From a virus: a stretch of 64,000 nucleotides of DNA. Shown piece by piece: positions 19,440-30,021 of this stretch. The notes beneath the pieces are model-generated. The model was given only the letters and a program-made list of their open reading frames with translations, had not been told where the DNA came from and ran no database searches. The translations under genes and the position numbers were made by a program. Location: the IMG/VR virus record IMGVR_UViG_3300005095_000008, positions 1-64,000 of that record; one strand, 5' to 3'. Within the stretch, counting starts at the first letter, position 1, and each line of letters begins with the position of its first letter.

Positions 19440-20491
19440 TATAGCACTCCTTTTGCTCTATATACCACACCGTGTTTTGTTCTAAAAACCTCACCGTCTA
19501 CAATAAGTATTTGCAGTCCACCATAATACTTTAGATGGCGACGAATACGGTGTGTTAGAGAATCTTTAATAATGTCCGTCTCTTCACTAGAGACATTCTC
19601 TAATTCGACATATACTTCTGGTCGTGTACCATACATGAAAATTGTAGGTAGGTCAAAGGTGTACGCATAGAGAATGATGCGACCTTCTTTTACCTCTTCT
19701 TCTTCGATAGAGTCAAACAGTATCTTCATAATCTCTTTAAAACGAGCAAGTGATTCTGAATAGGTGTCTTTTGCAGACTTGATGTATTCATGTGCAGCTA
19801 CATAATCTTCTTTAAAGTCGTCAATTTCAATAGCAAAAACAGAATTGAACAAGTCTGTAAAGAGTTTACGGAACTCATCTGGTAAATCAGAATCTAAGGC
19901 AGATTCGTCTATAACACTACCTAGACCATTCACTAACGCTTTAAAACTGTTTATGGCTAGTTTCTGTGTCGTATAGAGGGTAGTAAACACATTGACTCTA
20001 TTACATTGTGCATGTGAATCTTGGTAAAGCTTATCTTTTACTATAAAATAGTTGATGTAGTCTTGGAAACCACCTTTCTCCATTTGCACGTACGGACCGT
20101 CACTTTTTGGAAAAAGCGCATCGTCTGTGATGACTCCATCCATATATTTTACCATTGTGTTATTAACACATTGTTCGGTTGGTTCTTCATAGGTTGGTGT
20201 TTGTTCTACGTATGTTTGCGTAGACTGTTGATATGTTTGTTGTTGGTATGTTTGTTGTGTCGGCTGTGTTTGTACGTCAGCGTATCTACCAGACACATAG
20301 ATAGATTGCCGTTGCTGTTGACCATATGGTTGAGCATATGTTTGAGGTTGTTGGTATGGTTGATCCATAGCTTGACCTGCAAACTGTTGTTGATCATATG
20401 GTTGTTGAGGATATTGTTGCTGTTGAGGTGCGACTAATCCTGTATTGTGTTGCACTGACTGTTGTTGTTGATTAAATGCTTTATACTGCAT
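19439..20491 (-). CDS. hypothetical protein with Gln/Pro/Tyr-rich low-complexity N-terminus
   Basis: ~105-aa QQQYPQQPY-type region; AAGGAG SD. Confidence 0.8.
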   Translation of the reverse strand: MQYKAFNQQQQSVQHNTGLVAPQQQQYPQQPYDQQQFAGQAMDQPYQQPQTYAQPYGQQQRQSIYVSGRYADVQTQPTQQTYQQQTYQQSTQTYVEQTPTYEEPTEQCVNNTMVKYMDGVITDDALFPKSDGPYVQMEKGGFQDYINYFIVKDKLYQDSHAQCNRVNVFTTLYTTQKLAINSFKALVNGLGSVIDESALDSDLPDEFRKLFTDLFNSVFAIEIDDFKEDYVAAHEYIKSAKDTYSESLARFKEIMKILFDSIEEEEVKEGRIILYAYTFDLPTIFMYGTRPEVYVELENVSSEETDIIKDSLTHRIRRHLKYYGGLQILIVDGEVFRTKHGVVYRAKGVL

Positions 20492-20570
20492 TTTGATCTC
20501 CTTTAAAAATTGAGCTACTATGTAGCAATATATTGGCCAATATATCTCTTTGACTCCGAAGAGTCAAATT

Positions 20571-20580
20571 AATAATATGT
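20571..20580 (-). promoter_or_regulatory. putative early (virion RNAP) promoter motif ACATATTAT
   Basis: motif recurs upstream of minus-strand accessory operons. Confidence 0.45.
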
Positions 20581-20656
20581 ATCTAAATAAATTTAGAGTA
20601 CTTATGCGTATTTATCGAGTATGTCTTTGTTACAATCTTTACAATAAATTTACACA

Positions 20657-21970
20657 TTACTCTTCCTTTAATAAATTTATAAATGTGCCATTAATATCGT
20701 TCAATAAGTCTTGATATGTTCTAAATCTAATGCTTTGGTATTTTACATCAAGATTTGTCACGCCATTTACACTAATAACTACATCATCTTTATCTTTAAA
20801 CATATTCACGCGATGTCGTTTAAACAACATTTTAAATTCTGCAAATTCATCTGCCAATAGTTTAAACGACGGGTATATGTTTATATTATGAAGTTTTATT
20901 TTAAATTCATTAACTGTTTTTATAGGTTTTAATAACATACAAACATCACTTACTTTTGTTGACGTGACTACATATTTATATTTTTCTTTTTTAAGTACTG
21001 TTTTAATAATCAAAAGATATTTTAAAATAATTATATCTAACTTATATGTCTGTTTTTGCAGAGTAATTTCCATTTTAGATAATTCTTTAATTAATTTAAT
21101 ATAATATTTAACATCAATATCTAAAATGTCTATCGCATGTTTTGCGACGCCTGTTTTATAAATTAACCTCATATCTGAATTAATATCTGCAAATTTGTTA
21201 TTAATAATTAATGATTTTGTGGTTATTATGTTAAATTCTATAACGTTTGTCGTTATAATAGCCTCGACGCAATGATATTCTTCATAATCCAATTCTGAAA
21301 ACTCTAATGTATCAATATTAAGAATAATATTTAACAAATCGACATTATTGTTTATTTTAACGTCATAATTATTTAACATAATACAATCAAATGTTTTACA
21401 AATTGCTTTATCTCTAAGACCGTGTAAAATCACGTGCGTTGCTTGAACATGACGAATTTCTGTATCTTTTAATTTTGGCACAATAAAATTACCTAACTCG
21501 TAAATATCGTTGTAACCTATAGCTTCATAGATTGCTCTAAATAAATCGTTTTCTTTTATAAGCATCTTTTTTGATATGTTTTGTAATAGAATTATATCTA
21601 ACAGATCTATTTCGTGGTTCTGTGTTTGTAATAATTTTGTATTCGTTAGATCATAATAAGTATGTTCTATATCAGCAGATATACGTTCTAGTCCACTAAA
21701 AATAATGACAAATGAGTTGTTAAAAATAACACCGTCTGCTTCAAAAATCTTCAATAATTCTTCTGTTTTTATAAAAACAATATTATCGCCAGTAACTGTT
21801 ACGTTATCTTTTCTAAAAAACTTTTTTATAGGTTCTGATACTAGAGACATATGGATAGTCTCTGTGCCAACTTCCATACCATCTACAAGTATAAAAGTTA
21901 TATTTCCTTCAAAATTAAACTCTTTAAACAAAAGTGTTTCTTCAACGCCTACCGCCTTAACTATACACAT
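20657..21970 (-). CDS. very AT-rich hypothetical protein, paralog of 24225..25514
   Basis: 437 aa; N-terminal similarity IVKAVG...GDNIVFIKTEELL...NNS. Confidence 0.7.
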   Translation of the reverse strand: MCIVKAVGVEETLLFKEFNFEGNITFILVDGMEVGTETIHMSLVSEPIKKFFRKDNVTVTGDNIVFIKTEELLKIFEADGVIFNNSFVIIFSGLERISADIEHTYYDLTNTKLLQTQNHEIDLLDIILLQNISKKMLIKENDLFRAIYEAIGYNDIYELGNFIVPKLKDTEIRHVQATHVILHGLRDKAICKTFDCIMLNNYDVKINNNVDLLNIILNIDTLEFSELDYEEYHCVEAIITTNVIEFNIITTKSLIINNKFADINSDMRLIYKTGVAKHAIDILDIDVKYYIKLIKELSKMEITLQKQTYKLDIIILKYLLIIKTVLKKEKYKYVVTSTKVSDVCMLLKPIKTVNEFKIKLHNINIYPSFKLLADEFAEFKMLFKRHRVNMFKDKDDVVISVNGVTNLDVKYQSIRFRTYQDLLNDINGTFINLLKEE

Positions 21971-22006
21971 TCCAATAGTTTACTCCTTTTTAAATAAAAA
22001 GACATA

Positions 22007-22032
22007 CGCTAGGTGGGTTAACCCACCTAGCG
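22007..22032 (-). terminator. hairpin after the VWA gene
   Basis: cgctaggtgggttaacccacctagcg followed by a T-rich run on the minus strand. Confidence 0.7.
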
Positions 22033-23280
22033 TCATCTTCGTGAACGGTATTTTCTAAGCACCGCATCGATGAACTCTCGTTCATCTCGCAATACAATAG
22101 AACTACCGAAATGTTTGTTCAACTGTTCTCGTACAGTTGTTACCTCATGTCTTTCTGTGCCGTGGAAGTACATACCAAATAAGTTAGACTTTTGTAGTCG
22201 TTTGATATGTTTCTCATTAGGATAGCCATCTACCAACATACCATCTGTATATGCGATCACAATATCATGCTTCGCAATATCGTTGATGTTTCTATCGATA
22301 GTTACTTGGAAACCTTCAGAACCAGAGTTTGGTCTGATTGTATCTAAGAGCTTTGGTTCTACAGGCAATGATAGTTTGTAGTAACCAACGCCTGTTGTGA
22401 GATACACAGAGTACTCTGGTAGAGCTCTACCTTTCTTTTTACGTTTTAGAAGGTTATTATTCATAGCGTGCAACATGACCATACCACGAGTGAATGGATA
22501 TCCACTCATAGAACCACTCAAGTCGAAGATGAAGCACACAGATGTAGCATCTCTTTTAGAAGCTTTCTTCTTCCATAACTTCTTCGCATCGTCTGAAGCA
22601 AGTGTTTTGTAGTTTAGTTTTGCACTTGCCTTTGAACTTACCAACTCTTTAAGAGACTCTTTGTCGAGGAATCTCTCTAGAGACTTTGACATATAAGAAA
22701 TCTCTTTAGACATGGTCTTTGAGATTACATTATAAGACGATGGATCTCCATTAAACGCATCATCAATGAGTCTTGGATTAGTTTTACTCACTGTATCTAC
22801 AGTGTAATAGTAACTACCTACGCCGCTATGGAATTCATTAGCGGTATCGTAAGCTTGTGTGCTACCAAACTGTGTTGGTGCGTCGCTATCGTCACTATCG
22901 CTGAAGGAGACACTGTAAGAGATATTAACAAACCATGAGTCATCAACGTCTTTAGATTTATGTTTACGCTTTGTTTTTACGACGACGTATGTTGCATCGT
23001 TTACTACTACTTCAAGAACGATTTCTCTTTCATCATCAAGTACATCTTCTTTACGGTCTCTTACTTTCCAGTCAAGACCAGCATGTGTGATGTGTTTCTC
23101 AAGCGCGTCAAAATCTTTAAACCACTTTGATGCTTTTGCTGCTTCAACAATTTTCTTCGCAAGACGTTTCTCTCCGTATAGTTCCTCTGGAAACCCAATA
23201 AAGAGCTCGCCTCTAGCGTCTCTCATAAATTGAATAATTTCCATACCGCCTCTATTTTTACAAATATTTACCTTTACCAT
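22033..23280 (-). CDS. von Willebrand factor A (VWA) domain protein, MoxR partner
   Basis: MIDAS motif FIFDLSGSM and IAYTDG; adjacent to the AAA ATPase. Confidence 0.85.
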   Translation of the reverse strand: MVKVNICKNRGGMEIIQFMRDARGELFIGFPEELYGEKRLAKKIVEAAKASKWFKDFDALEKHITHAGLDWKVRDRKEDVLDDEREIVLEVVVNDATYVVVKTKRKHKSKDVDDSWFVNISYSVSFSDSDDSDAPTQFGSTQAYDTANEFHSGVGSYYYTVDTVSKTNPRLIDDAFNGDPSSYNVISKTMSKEISYMSKSLERFLDKESLKELVSSKASAKLNYKTLASDDAKKLWKKKASKRDATSVCFIFDLSGSMSGYPFTRGMVMLHAMNNNLLKRKKKGRALPEYSVYLTTGVGYYKLSLPVEPKLLDTIRPNSGSEGFQVTIDRNINDIAKHDIVIAYTDGMLVDGYPNEKHIKRLQKSNLFGMYFHGTERHEVTTVREQLNKHFGSSIVLRDEREFIDAVLRKYRSRR

Positions 23281-23292
23281 GTTTTCTCCTTT

Positions 23293-24147
23293 TTATAGCA
23301 AGTTTAGTTTTTCTTCATTTGTTAGAACATCTTCTTTAAACAGTTTAAAGTTTTCTCGTCCATCTTCAGACAGCTCATCGCCAAATTCAGACCGCACAAG
23401 ACGGCGTTCATAATCATCTAATAGATCAACGAAGACTTTAATCTTATCTTCGTCCTCCAAGTCAATAACGTCACCATCACCGATACGCTTCTCAAGTTGA
23501 GCAAGTTCATTAATAATTCTATTTGACATAGGATACATCGTCTTGTTATTCATGTTTTCTGCATACTTCTCTAAGACTCTGTTGAGTAGTGGTGTCAACT
23601 CTACTTTAAACTCTCCATCGTCTTTAAAGCTTATTGTAACAAAACGATCGACAAATGCTCTATCACCAAGGTCTGCAGAGTAATCATTGCCGATATTCAT
23701 TGTCGCAATGAACGTGAGTTTGTCAGCATCAATAACGATAGACTCTGTAATGGTATTACCCATGTCGTCTTTAACCGCTTTGTTTGTAGTCAACGTAAGT
23801 TTTCCTAAATTATCTGGCGTTAGTGTTGGAACCAGATAGTCCTTGAGTTCCTTTGGTACTCTACCGATTTCATCAAAAATCACACAGACGTCTTCACCTT
23901 CTCTAGCGCGAAGGAATGCTTGCGTTAATGGACCTGCTGCGTATTCCATGCCACCTACTTCGTTACGTAGCCACATACCAATCGTGTATGTTTCATCGGT
24001 ACTACTTGTACCGTTAATAACAAAGATATTGTTCTCTTTGTAGTTCTCTCTAGCCCATTCATATGTAGTATATGTCTTACCAATACCAGCGTCTCCAGTA
24101 ATGATTACTGGTTTTAAACCTTTATATAGATTCAACTTTTTTTTCAT
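23293..24147 (-). CDS. MoxR-family AAA+ ATPase
   Basis: Walker A GDAGIGKT, GPL..A, Walker B IFDEIGR, sensor IATMN, DRAFVDRF. Confidence 0.9.
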   Translation of the reverse strand: MKKKLNLYKGLKPVIITGDAGIGKTYTTYEWARENYKENNIFVINGTSSTDETYTIGMWLRNEVGGMEYAAGPLTQAFLRAREGEDVCVIFDEIGRVPKELKDYLVPTLTPDNLGKLTLTTNKAVKDDMGNTITESIVIDADKLTFIATMNIGNDYSADLGDRAFVDRFVTISFKDDGEFKVELTPLLNRVLEKYAENMNNKTMYPMSNRIINELAQLEKRIGDGDVIDLEDEDKIKVFVDLLDDYERRLVRSEFGDELSEDGRENFKLFKEDVLTNEEKLNLL

Positions 24148-24206
24148 GCTATTTTCCTTTTTAACTTTAAACTATTTAGATACTTTGTATCACCTCATAA
24201 CTATGA

Positions 24207-24217
24207 ATATAATATGT
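24207..24217 (-). promoter_or_regulatory. putative early promoter motif ACATATTATAT
   Basis: identical 11-mer at 25547-25557 and 34067-34077. Confidence 0.55.
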
Positions 24218-24224
24218 ACTCATA

Positions 24225-25514
24225 TTATTTTTCAATTCTATATATGTAATTAGCAATACAATTGACTAATGAACAATATAAACCGTAAACTGCATATGTT
24301 CTAGGTATTTGCCAGTTTGTATTCGCATTCTTAATGCTGTACCTGGAATCACGTATATTCATTAGTATTGTTTTGTCATCATTACACTCCGTCATATTTA
24401 CAGAATACTCTTTAAATACCTCATTCGTTTCTGGTATAAATTTGTTTAATATTTTTAACGAAGGAAATATATCATTGTCCTTTTCTTCAATCTCTAATGG
24501 ACCATCAGCGATATCTGTATAAGTTAAACTACACTGTTCTGATCTAGGATATGCATCAAAGTTAAATAAGTATTTATTAGAATCATCTTTTCGCGTTTCT
24601 AAGAATAGGAACGCTTTTGATAATTTATAATAGATGTCTGTGTTACTTAAGTGTTCTAATGTCTTTAGGTCATTCGTATTGTGATTCTTTACAAACTCCA
24701 ATAACTTTTCAGTCCTTACTGTTAAAGTATTCAATAATTCTATAAAATAAAGCGTGTGTGTTGTTAACTTATCATTATAGATTAACGTCATAACGATTAA
24801 CTCTGTATATTTATGATAAGATTTTATACCTATGTAACATTCGTTATTATTGCTACGTACCTCACTTTCTGAATCATGAAATAATACATAATTAAATATA
24901 CTAAAGTTATCACTAAGTATCGTATTAATATATGCTATAATCTCTATCTTTTCTTCTATGTTTATGATTCTATCATCATAGATTTTAAAAGAGTTCTTAA
25001 ATGCAATACCTAAATACTTTCTATCTATTGGTAGTATATAGTCACCAATCACTTTCTCGCAAGTCATACCTATTATTCTGTATAATATTTTAAAATAATC
25101 TAATGCGTCACGCATACTAGAAAAATCATATTTCTCAATATCAAAATTACTGAACGTCTTTTTATCGCCCAACATATCATAAAACACTGCCTTATTCTCT
25201 ATAAAAGATCCTGATGCACCCATAGCAGCACCGCTAATGCTTCTTGAGTATAATAAAGAATTTTTCATTGTGATTTTAAGAGATTCTAGATTTATTAAGC
25301 TTTCTTCTGTTGTTATGATAATATTATTACCAATAAATTTATTAGATTCTAAAATATTTCGAACACGTGCGATGTGTCTCGTTATGCTACTTAAGGAACC
25401 TTCTTTTGACATTAGTATTACAATAGTCAATTCTGCGTCTTTAAGAGTGCTTTCTACGACTGTGTTAGTAACTGTACCTCTATCCTTAACAATTACAAGA
25501 TTTACCTTACCCAT
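24225..25514 (-). CDS. very AT-rich hypothetical protein, paralog of 20657..21970
   Basis: 429 aa; IVKDRG...GNNIIITTEESL...KNS. Confidence 0.7.
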   Translation of the reverse strand: MGKVNLVIVKDRGTVTNTVVESTLKDAELTIVILMSKEGSLSSITRHIARVRNILESNKFIGNNIIITTEESLINLESLKITMKNSLLYSRSISGAAMGASGSFIENKAVFYDMLGDKKTFSNFDIEKYDFSSMRDALDYFKILYRIIGMTCEKVIGDYILPIDRKYLGIAFKNSFKIYDDRIINIEEKIEIIAYINTILSDNFSIFNYVLFHDSESEVRSNNNECYIGIKSYHKYTELIVMTLIYNDKLTTHTLYFIELLNTLTVRTEKLLEFVKNHNTNDLKTLEHLSNTDIYYKLSKAFLFLETRKDDSNKYLFNFDAYPRSEQCSLTYTDIADGPLEIEEKDNDIFPSLKILNKFIPETNEVFKEYSVNMTECNDDKTILMNIRDSRYSIKNANTNWQIPRTYAVYGLYCSLVNCIANYIYRIEK

Positions 25515-25546
25515 TTTATCTCCTTTTAAACTATTTTAGGCTATAA

Positions 25547-25557
25547 ATATAATATGT
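25547..25557 (-). promoter_or_regulatory. putative early promoter motif ACATATTATAT
   Basis: repeated motif ~33 nt upstream of the start codon. Confidence 0.55.
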
Positions 25558-25588
25558 CTATAAACATTATTAGAAATAAAAATAGTCT

Positions 25589-25612
25589 ACAGACTAGCAT
25601 ATGCTAGTCTGT
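25589..25612 (-). terminator. palindrome after the major capsid gene
   Basis: acagactagcatatgctagtctgt. Confidence 0.7.
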
Positions 25613-25624
25613 AGTTAGATCACA

Positions 25625-27736
25625 TTATACGGTATGTACGTTTTGTGGGATTTTTTTGGTAACAGTTTCGAAACCTGTTACGTCAAATTCCGCCAAGATT
25701 GGAAGAAGGTTAACGAACTCAAACGCTGGTTGGTTATAGAGTGCGTTGATTGAAGTTCCATTAATAGAACGTTTTACTTCAACAGTTGGAGTTGGAACGA
25801 ATGCTCTGAATCCAAAGTTAAGTACGTTCAACGCTTTAGAGCCAGTAGTTGGCATTACCATGATTTTGTTAATGAATTGTTTACTACCAGTAGCAACAAC
25901 TTTAACATTTACATTTCCACCAAGATCAAGTGGTTGACCATCACCAGTCAATGCTGCTTTGATTTTTCTATCAGTAGCAATGATAATGGTTGGTTTAGCA
26001 CCAAGATTCATGTTGGTATTTTCGAATGCGTCAAGATATCCTGAACCGTCCATCATTTCATTTACAGTCTGTGCGATTACAGCACTAATAGCACCTTTGA
26101 TGTTAGCGGTGATATCTTTAGAGTTTGTACTGTCTACCACAGTAGCAAGATCAATCTCTTTATTTGTGTAATATGGATTAACAAGATCTTTAGCAGCACC
26201 TGCTAGTTCATTTGTTACCAATTCAATACCATTTTCAGTAGCGTTTCTTAGGAATCCTGCATACTTAAGAAGTTTGTTAATTCCAAGAACAGTACTCATT
26301 GCTCTCGCTTGGTTTCCGAAAGACTTGATTTTGTTTGCGTCATTATCAACATCTGCAGTATGGATTTGTGGCTTCAATACAGAGATTGGAGTTCTATATC
26401 CAACAGAGTAGATAGTGTTTACAGTTTCAGCAGAGAGGATATATCCAGTCTGTCTAAGGTTACTATTTGTTGCATATGCATCGACTTCATATCCGATGAA
26501 TTCCATTGCATCGATAATACCTTTAACAGTAGTGAACTTAGCATCAGTTTGTGGCACTACATTTCCAGCAGCATCACGAAGTTCTAGCAACTCGAATTTA
26601 CCTTTAGAAACAGATAGGTCTCCGATTTCTGTATTTCCAGAACCATAGAGTACACCACGTACTACGATGGTATGACCAGGCATATTAAGGTTATCAAGTA
26701 CTGCTGATGCAGAACCATCAACTTGTTTAGTGTTATCAACAGAGATAACGAGACTGTCAGATACAAAGTTAAGAGCAATGTCTTTGCTGTGTCCAGATGC
26801 AGTTGGTACCCATCTAGCAGATGTATAACCAGATACGTTGATAACGTGAGTAGAAGTATCAGTACCATCAGTGAGTGTATAGTATACATTCTCAAGGATT
26901 ACTGTGTCATCCATTGCGTCAGTGTTATCTCTAACACCTTGGCTAAGTTGCGCAGCTGTTTGAGAAATTCCCATAAGTGGTGCATCAACATCAGGTTTAA
27001 TTGGTGCAGTTCTAATAGTTTCGCCTGTAACTGTAGTATCATATGCAAGAGTATCTACGAGTACTTCTGCGTTAGTAGCGTTTAGTACAGGAACAAGTCT
27101 TGTTTTCTCACCAGCAAGAATTGAATCAGCATCAATAAGTGCTTTAACAAGTGATACAGAGTTTCTCTTAAGTCTATCTGCAGAAGCATTACTTCTAAGG
27201 TATTGACCTTCAATTTTCTCTACAGTTGCCGCAACAGCACATCCAGACACACCTGGCTTAAGTACTACAGTTGGATAGATAGTTTCGGTAAATTCATCTT
27301 GTCTTGCCATAACCATGTTAACAGCAAAAGAGTATGGTGTGTTGCTAGATACGACTTGACCGTCGAAAGATTCCATTGCTACGAGTTGGTCGCTATAAAC
27401 ATCAGACTCACCAAACGCACCTGCTTGTACTACAACTTGCTTACCAGATTCTACTGCTGGCATAACACGACGTGCTCCAATAGCAGCTGTGGTGTCTTGG
27501 TCAAGTAGTGCCCCGTATTGAGCGGCTTGGATTTGTGCGTCTTCAAGTCCTGGTACCTCGTCTAGTGCGTCACGCACAATTTCAGATACTGTATTTGTTG
27601 CCTCTTCGACGAATGCTCCGTCTACAGAAGAGTCCTCAAGTCCTAGTGCTGCTTTTGCAACAGCTTCTGGTGCAGCAATTTCTGCAGCCTGTAGACCTTT
27701 TTTAACTTCGCCTACGATTTGTCCTAGTGATTTCAT
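25625..27736 (-). CDS. major capsid protein (phiKZ gp120-like)
   Basis: 703 aa; AMESFD propeptide site, RQDEF.E..YPT, TAP, TDA.D, N.NLR..G, LNFG and NLLPIL motifs; highly biased codon usage. Confidence 0.9.
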   Translation of the reverse strand: MKSLGQIVGEVKKGLQAAEIAAPEAVAKAALGLEDSSVDGAFVEEATNTVSEIVRDALDEVPGLEDAQIQAAQYGALLDQDTTAAIGARRVMPAVESGKQVVVQAGAFGESDVYSDQLVAMESFDGQVVSSNTPYSFAVNMVMARQDEFTETIYPTVVLKPGVSGCAVAATVEKIEGQYLRSNASADRLKRNSVSLVKALIDADSILAGEKTRLVPVLNATNAEVLVDTLAYDTTVTGETIRTAPIKPDVDAPLMGISQTAAQLSQGVRDNTDAMDDTVILENVYYTLTDGTDTSTHVINVSGYTSARWVPTASGHSKDIALNFVSDSLVISVDNTKQVDGSASAVLDNLNMPGHTIVVRGVLYGSGNTEIGDLSVSKGKFELLELRDAAGNVVPQTDAKFTTVKGIIDAMEFIGYEVDAYATNSNLRQTGYILSAETVNTIYSVGYRTPISVLKPQIHTADVDNDANKIKSFGNQARAMSTVLGINKLLKYAGFLRNATENGIELVTNELAGAAKDLVNPYYTNKEIDLATVVDSTNSKDITANIKGAISAVIAQTVNEMMDGSGYLDAFENTNMNLGAKPTIIIATDRKIKAALTGDGQPLDLGGNVNVKVVATGSKQFINKIMVMPTTGSKALNVLNFGFRAFVPTPTVEVKRSINGTSINALYNQPAFEFVNLLPILAEFDVTGFETVTKKIPQNVHTV

Positions 27737-27786
27737 TGTTGTCCTTTTAAAGTATGTTTTTATAAAAACAAACTAACTGATTTGAA

Positions 27787-28362
27787 TCAGAGAGTAAGTG
27801 GTAAAATTTGAATAAAATCGGAAATGAATTGTGAATACTTGTTAAAGTCAGCACCATACACTTCGCTTTCTAAATTGATAAAATTTGCGAGTAGTACTCT
27901 TCTAAAGTGTTTCGGTCTAAGAACAAGTAGTTGCTCCCCTAGTTCAGTAAGTGATACTACAATGGTACCATCTGTAATGACTAGATAGAAAAGTGGCGTC
28001 TTTTTATGTAACGCGTCAACATCTTCGCAACTTAGTAGTTCTTGACGAATATCTTTAGGAATAAAAATACTATTCATATAAATAGCAGAAGAACCAGAAA
28101 CAATAGAACCAATTGCATCTATAGCTGTGAAAAGCGTGCCAATATTTTCTAGTTTATTCTCTAGTGAAAATTCTCTAAGAATAAGTGAAGTAGCATCTAA
28201 CATATCAGCAATGTCTCTATGTGATACTTTATCAGCGATTGTTTTAATAGATTCTAAATCTTTTTTCTCTAAAGAAGCCAATAGCTCAGACATTTCAATG
28301 TTTTGCGACTTGAAAGCTCTCTTAACGTGCGGAGGAACGACCATTAAATTGTATGGTTTCAT
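27787..28362 (-). CDS. conserved protein between DnaB and capsid (phiKZ gp119-like)
   Basis: 191 aa; synteny. Confidence 0.6.
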   Translation of the reverse strand: MKPYNLMVVPPHVKRAFKSQNIEMSELLASLEKKDLESIKTIADKVSHRDIADMLDATSLILREFSLENKLENIGTLFTAIDAIGSIVSGSSAIYMNSIFIPKDIRQELLSCEDVDALHKKTPLFYLVITDGTIVVSLTELGEQLLVLRPKHFRRVLLANFINLESEVYGADFNKYSQFISDFIQILPLTL

Positions 28363-28471
28363 ATGTATCCTTTAATATATAGTTGTTTCAGTTAAAATGT
28401 GAGTTAAATTTATTTCTAAATATAACTTTGTATGACACCGAGATAATTGATGTATTTATAAAAGGATAAAA

Positions 28472-29977
28472 ATGAAATCATTAGACGCACTATTAATAGC
28501 AATTCGACTACTATATCTAGAAAAGACAATCGAAAAAGAGAATGGGTCTAATAGTAAAGAGTTGGTACAAAATATACTAGACTTACTCGATAATGAAAAG
28601 AGAGCGCTCAATGGTTCTAATAAAGAGATGATACAGAACCTTAAAGAGTATGTGCGTACATTCGTAGATATGTTTGACAAAACAGAATATGAACCAAATC
28701 TTATTAAACAGAGTCTACTACTAATTCTAGAAAACAAAGACTTAATAGAAGAACTCATTGCAGATATTACTAGAGAGTCTACCTTAGAAGAGAAACAACA
28801 AAGAATACTTCGATTAAGAAGTCTACTCTCTAGTTACTATGGTGAAGATAAACTTAAGAAGTTATTGAATAAACTCACACATGACATTAACAATAAAAGA
28901 AACAAGATTACTGATATTGAGAAGTTTAGATTAGAAGCACTCTCGATGTTAGAAACGATTAAGTTGGGTAATGTAGAGAAAGACCCTAACATTGTAACAG
29001 AGATTGACTTGAGTGATGTAGAATCTAGTTCACAAATCATTCATGAGTTACAAGATGAAGCGAGTAGTGGTTTACTATTGAAAACTGGATTCCAAGCAAT
29101 GAACAGAGTCTTAGATGGCGGTATCCGTAGAGGAGAGTTAATTACGATTACATCTCAACAGCATAAGTATAAATCTGGATTGGCTAGAAGTCTATTCATG
29201 CAGACAATGATTCATAACGTACCGAAACTGAAAGATGAAAATAAGAAACCATTAATGATTTTCATTAGTTTTGAAGATAACGCTAGATTGGTATTGAAGT
29301 TTATGTTTGAATACTTGATGAGTTCAGAAGGTAAAACAACGAAAATTATGGACGTGAGTTCTGATGATGCAGCAGCTTATATTAAAGGCGCATTAGAAGC
29401 CAATGGTTGGAATGTAAAGTTATTAGTTGTGAATCCATCTGGTTGGGGATACAAGGATATCTTTAATACTGTAGAGAAATACGAGTCTAAAGGATTTGAA
29501 GTCTTTGGATTATGTTTGGATTACTTATCATTAGTACCTAAGATTGGCTGTATCAATAATGGTGCGACTGGTAGTGATACGAGAGACTTGTTTAGACGCG
29601 TAGGAAACTATGGTAGAGCAAGAGATATGTATGTTATCACACCACATCAGAGTAGTAGCGGTGTGAAACTATTATTAAGAAATGGTGTAACAGATGAGGA
29701 CTTAGTCAAAGAGATTTATGGTAAAGGATACTTTGCAGATAGTAGTCAACTAGACCAAGAACATGATGTGGGTATTTTAGGACACATTGCAAAAATAGAT
29801 GGAGAGTCATATCTCACATTAGCAGTAGACAAACATAGAGGGTTTGTTATTAATCAAGAGTACGCATTCTTTAGTTATAAGTTTCCAAAGAATGAGATGC
29901 CCATTCCTCCAGATATTAATGGGAAGGATATGAGTATTAAAGACTTAAGTGTTAGTGGAGACGATGATTTATTTTAA
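28472..29977 (+). CDS. dnaB: DnaB-like replicative helicase (phiKZ gp118-like)
   Basis: LKTGFQAMN..L.GG.RRGE, QH.YKS, ISFED, DYL, ITPHQ, LDQE.D and KHRG motifs. Confidence 0.88.
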   Translation: MKSLDALLIAIRLLYLEKTIEKENGSNSKELVQNILDLLDNEKRALNGSNKEMIQNLKEYVRTFVDMFDKTEYEPNLIKQSLLLILENKDLIEELIADITRESTLEEKQQRILRLRSLLSSYYGEDKLKKLLNKLTHDINNKRNKITDIEKFRLEALSMLETIKLGNVEKDPNIVTEIDLSDVESSSQIIHELQDEASSGLLLKTGFQAMNRVLDGGIRRGELITITSQQHKYKSGLARSLFMQTMIHNVPKLKDENKKPLMIFISFEDNARLVLKFMFEYLMSSEGKTTKIMDVSSDDAAAYIKGALEANGWNVKLLVVNPSGWGYKDIFNTVEKYESKGFEVFGLCLDYLSLVPKIGCINNGATGSDTRDLFRRVGNYGRARDMYVITPHQSSSGVKLLLRNGVTDEDLVKEIYGKGYFADSSQLDQEHDVGILGHIAKIDGESYLTLAVDKHRGFVINQEYAFFSYKFPKNEMPIPPDINGKDMSIKDLSVSGDDDLF

Positions 29978-29995
29978 ATAAAAATAAAATAGACT

Positions 29996-30021
29996 ATGAG
30001 TAGACCATATGGTCTACTCAT
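29996..30021. terminator. palindrome between convergent genes
   Basis: atgagtagaccatatggtctactcat. Confidence 0.7.

Noticed and set aside
29140-29180. Non-canonical Walker A (SQQHKYKS) suggesting an inactive DnaB
   Set aside because: From recall, a QHxxKS/T P-loop is normal for phiKZ-like DnaB
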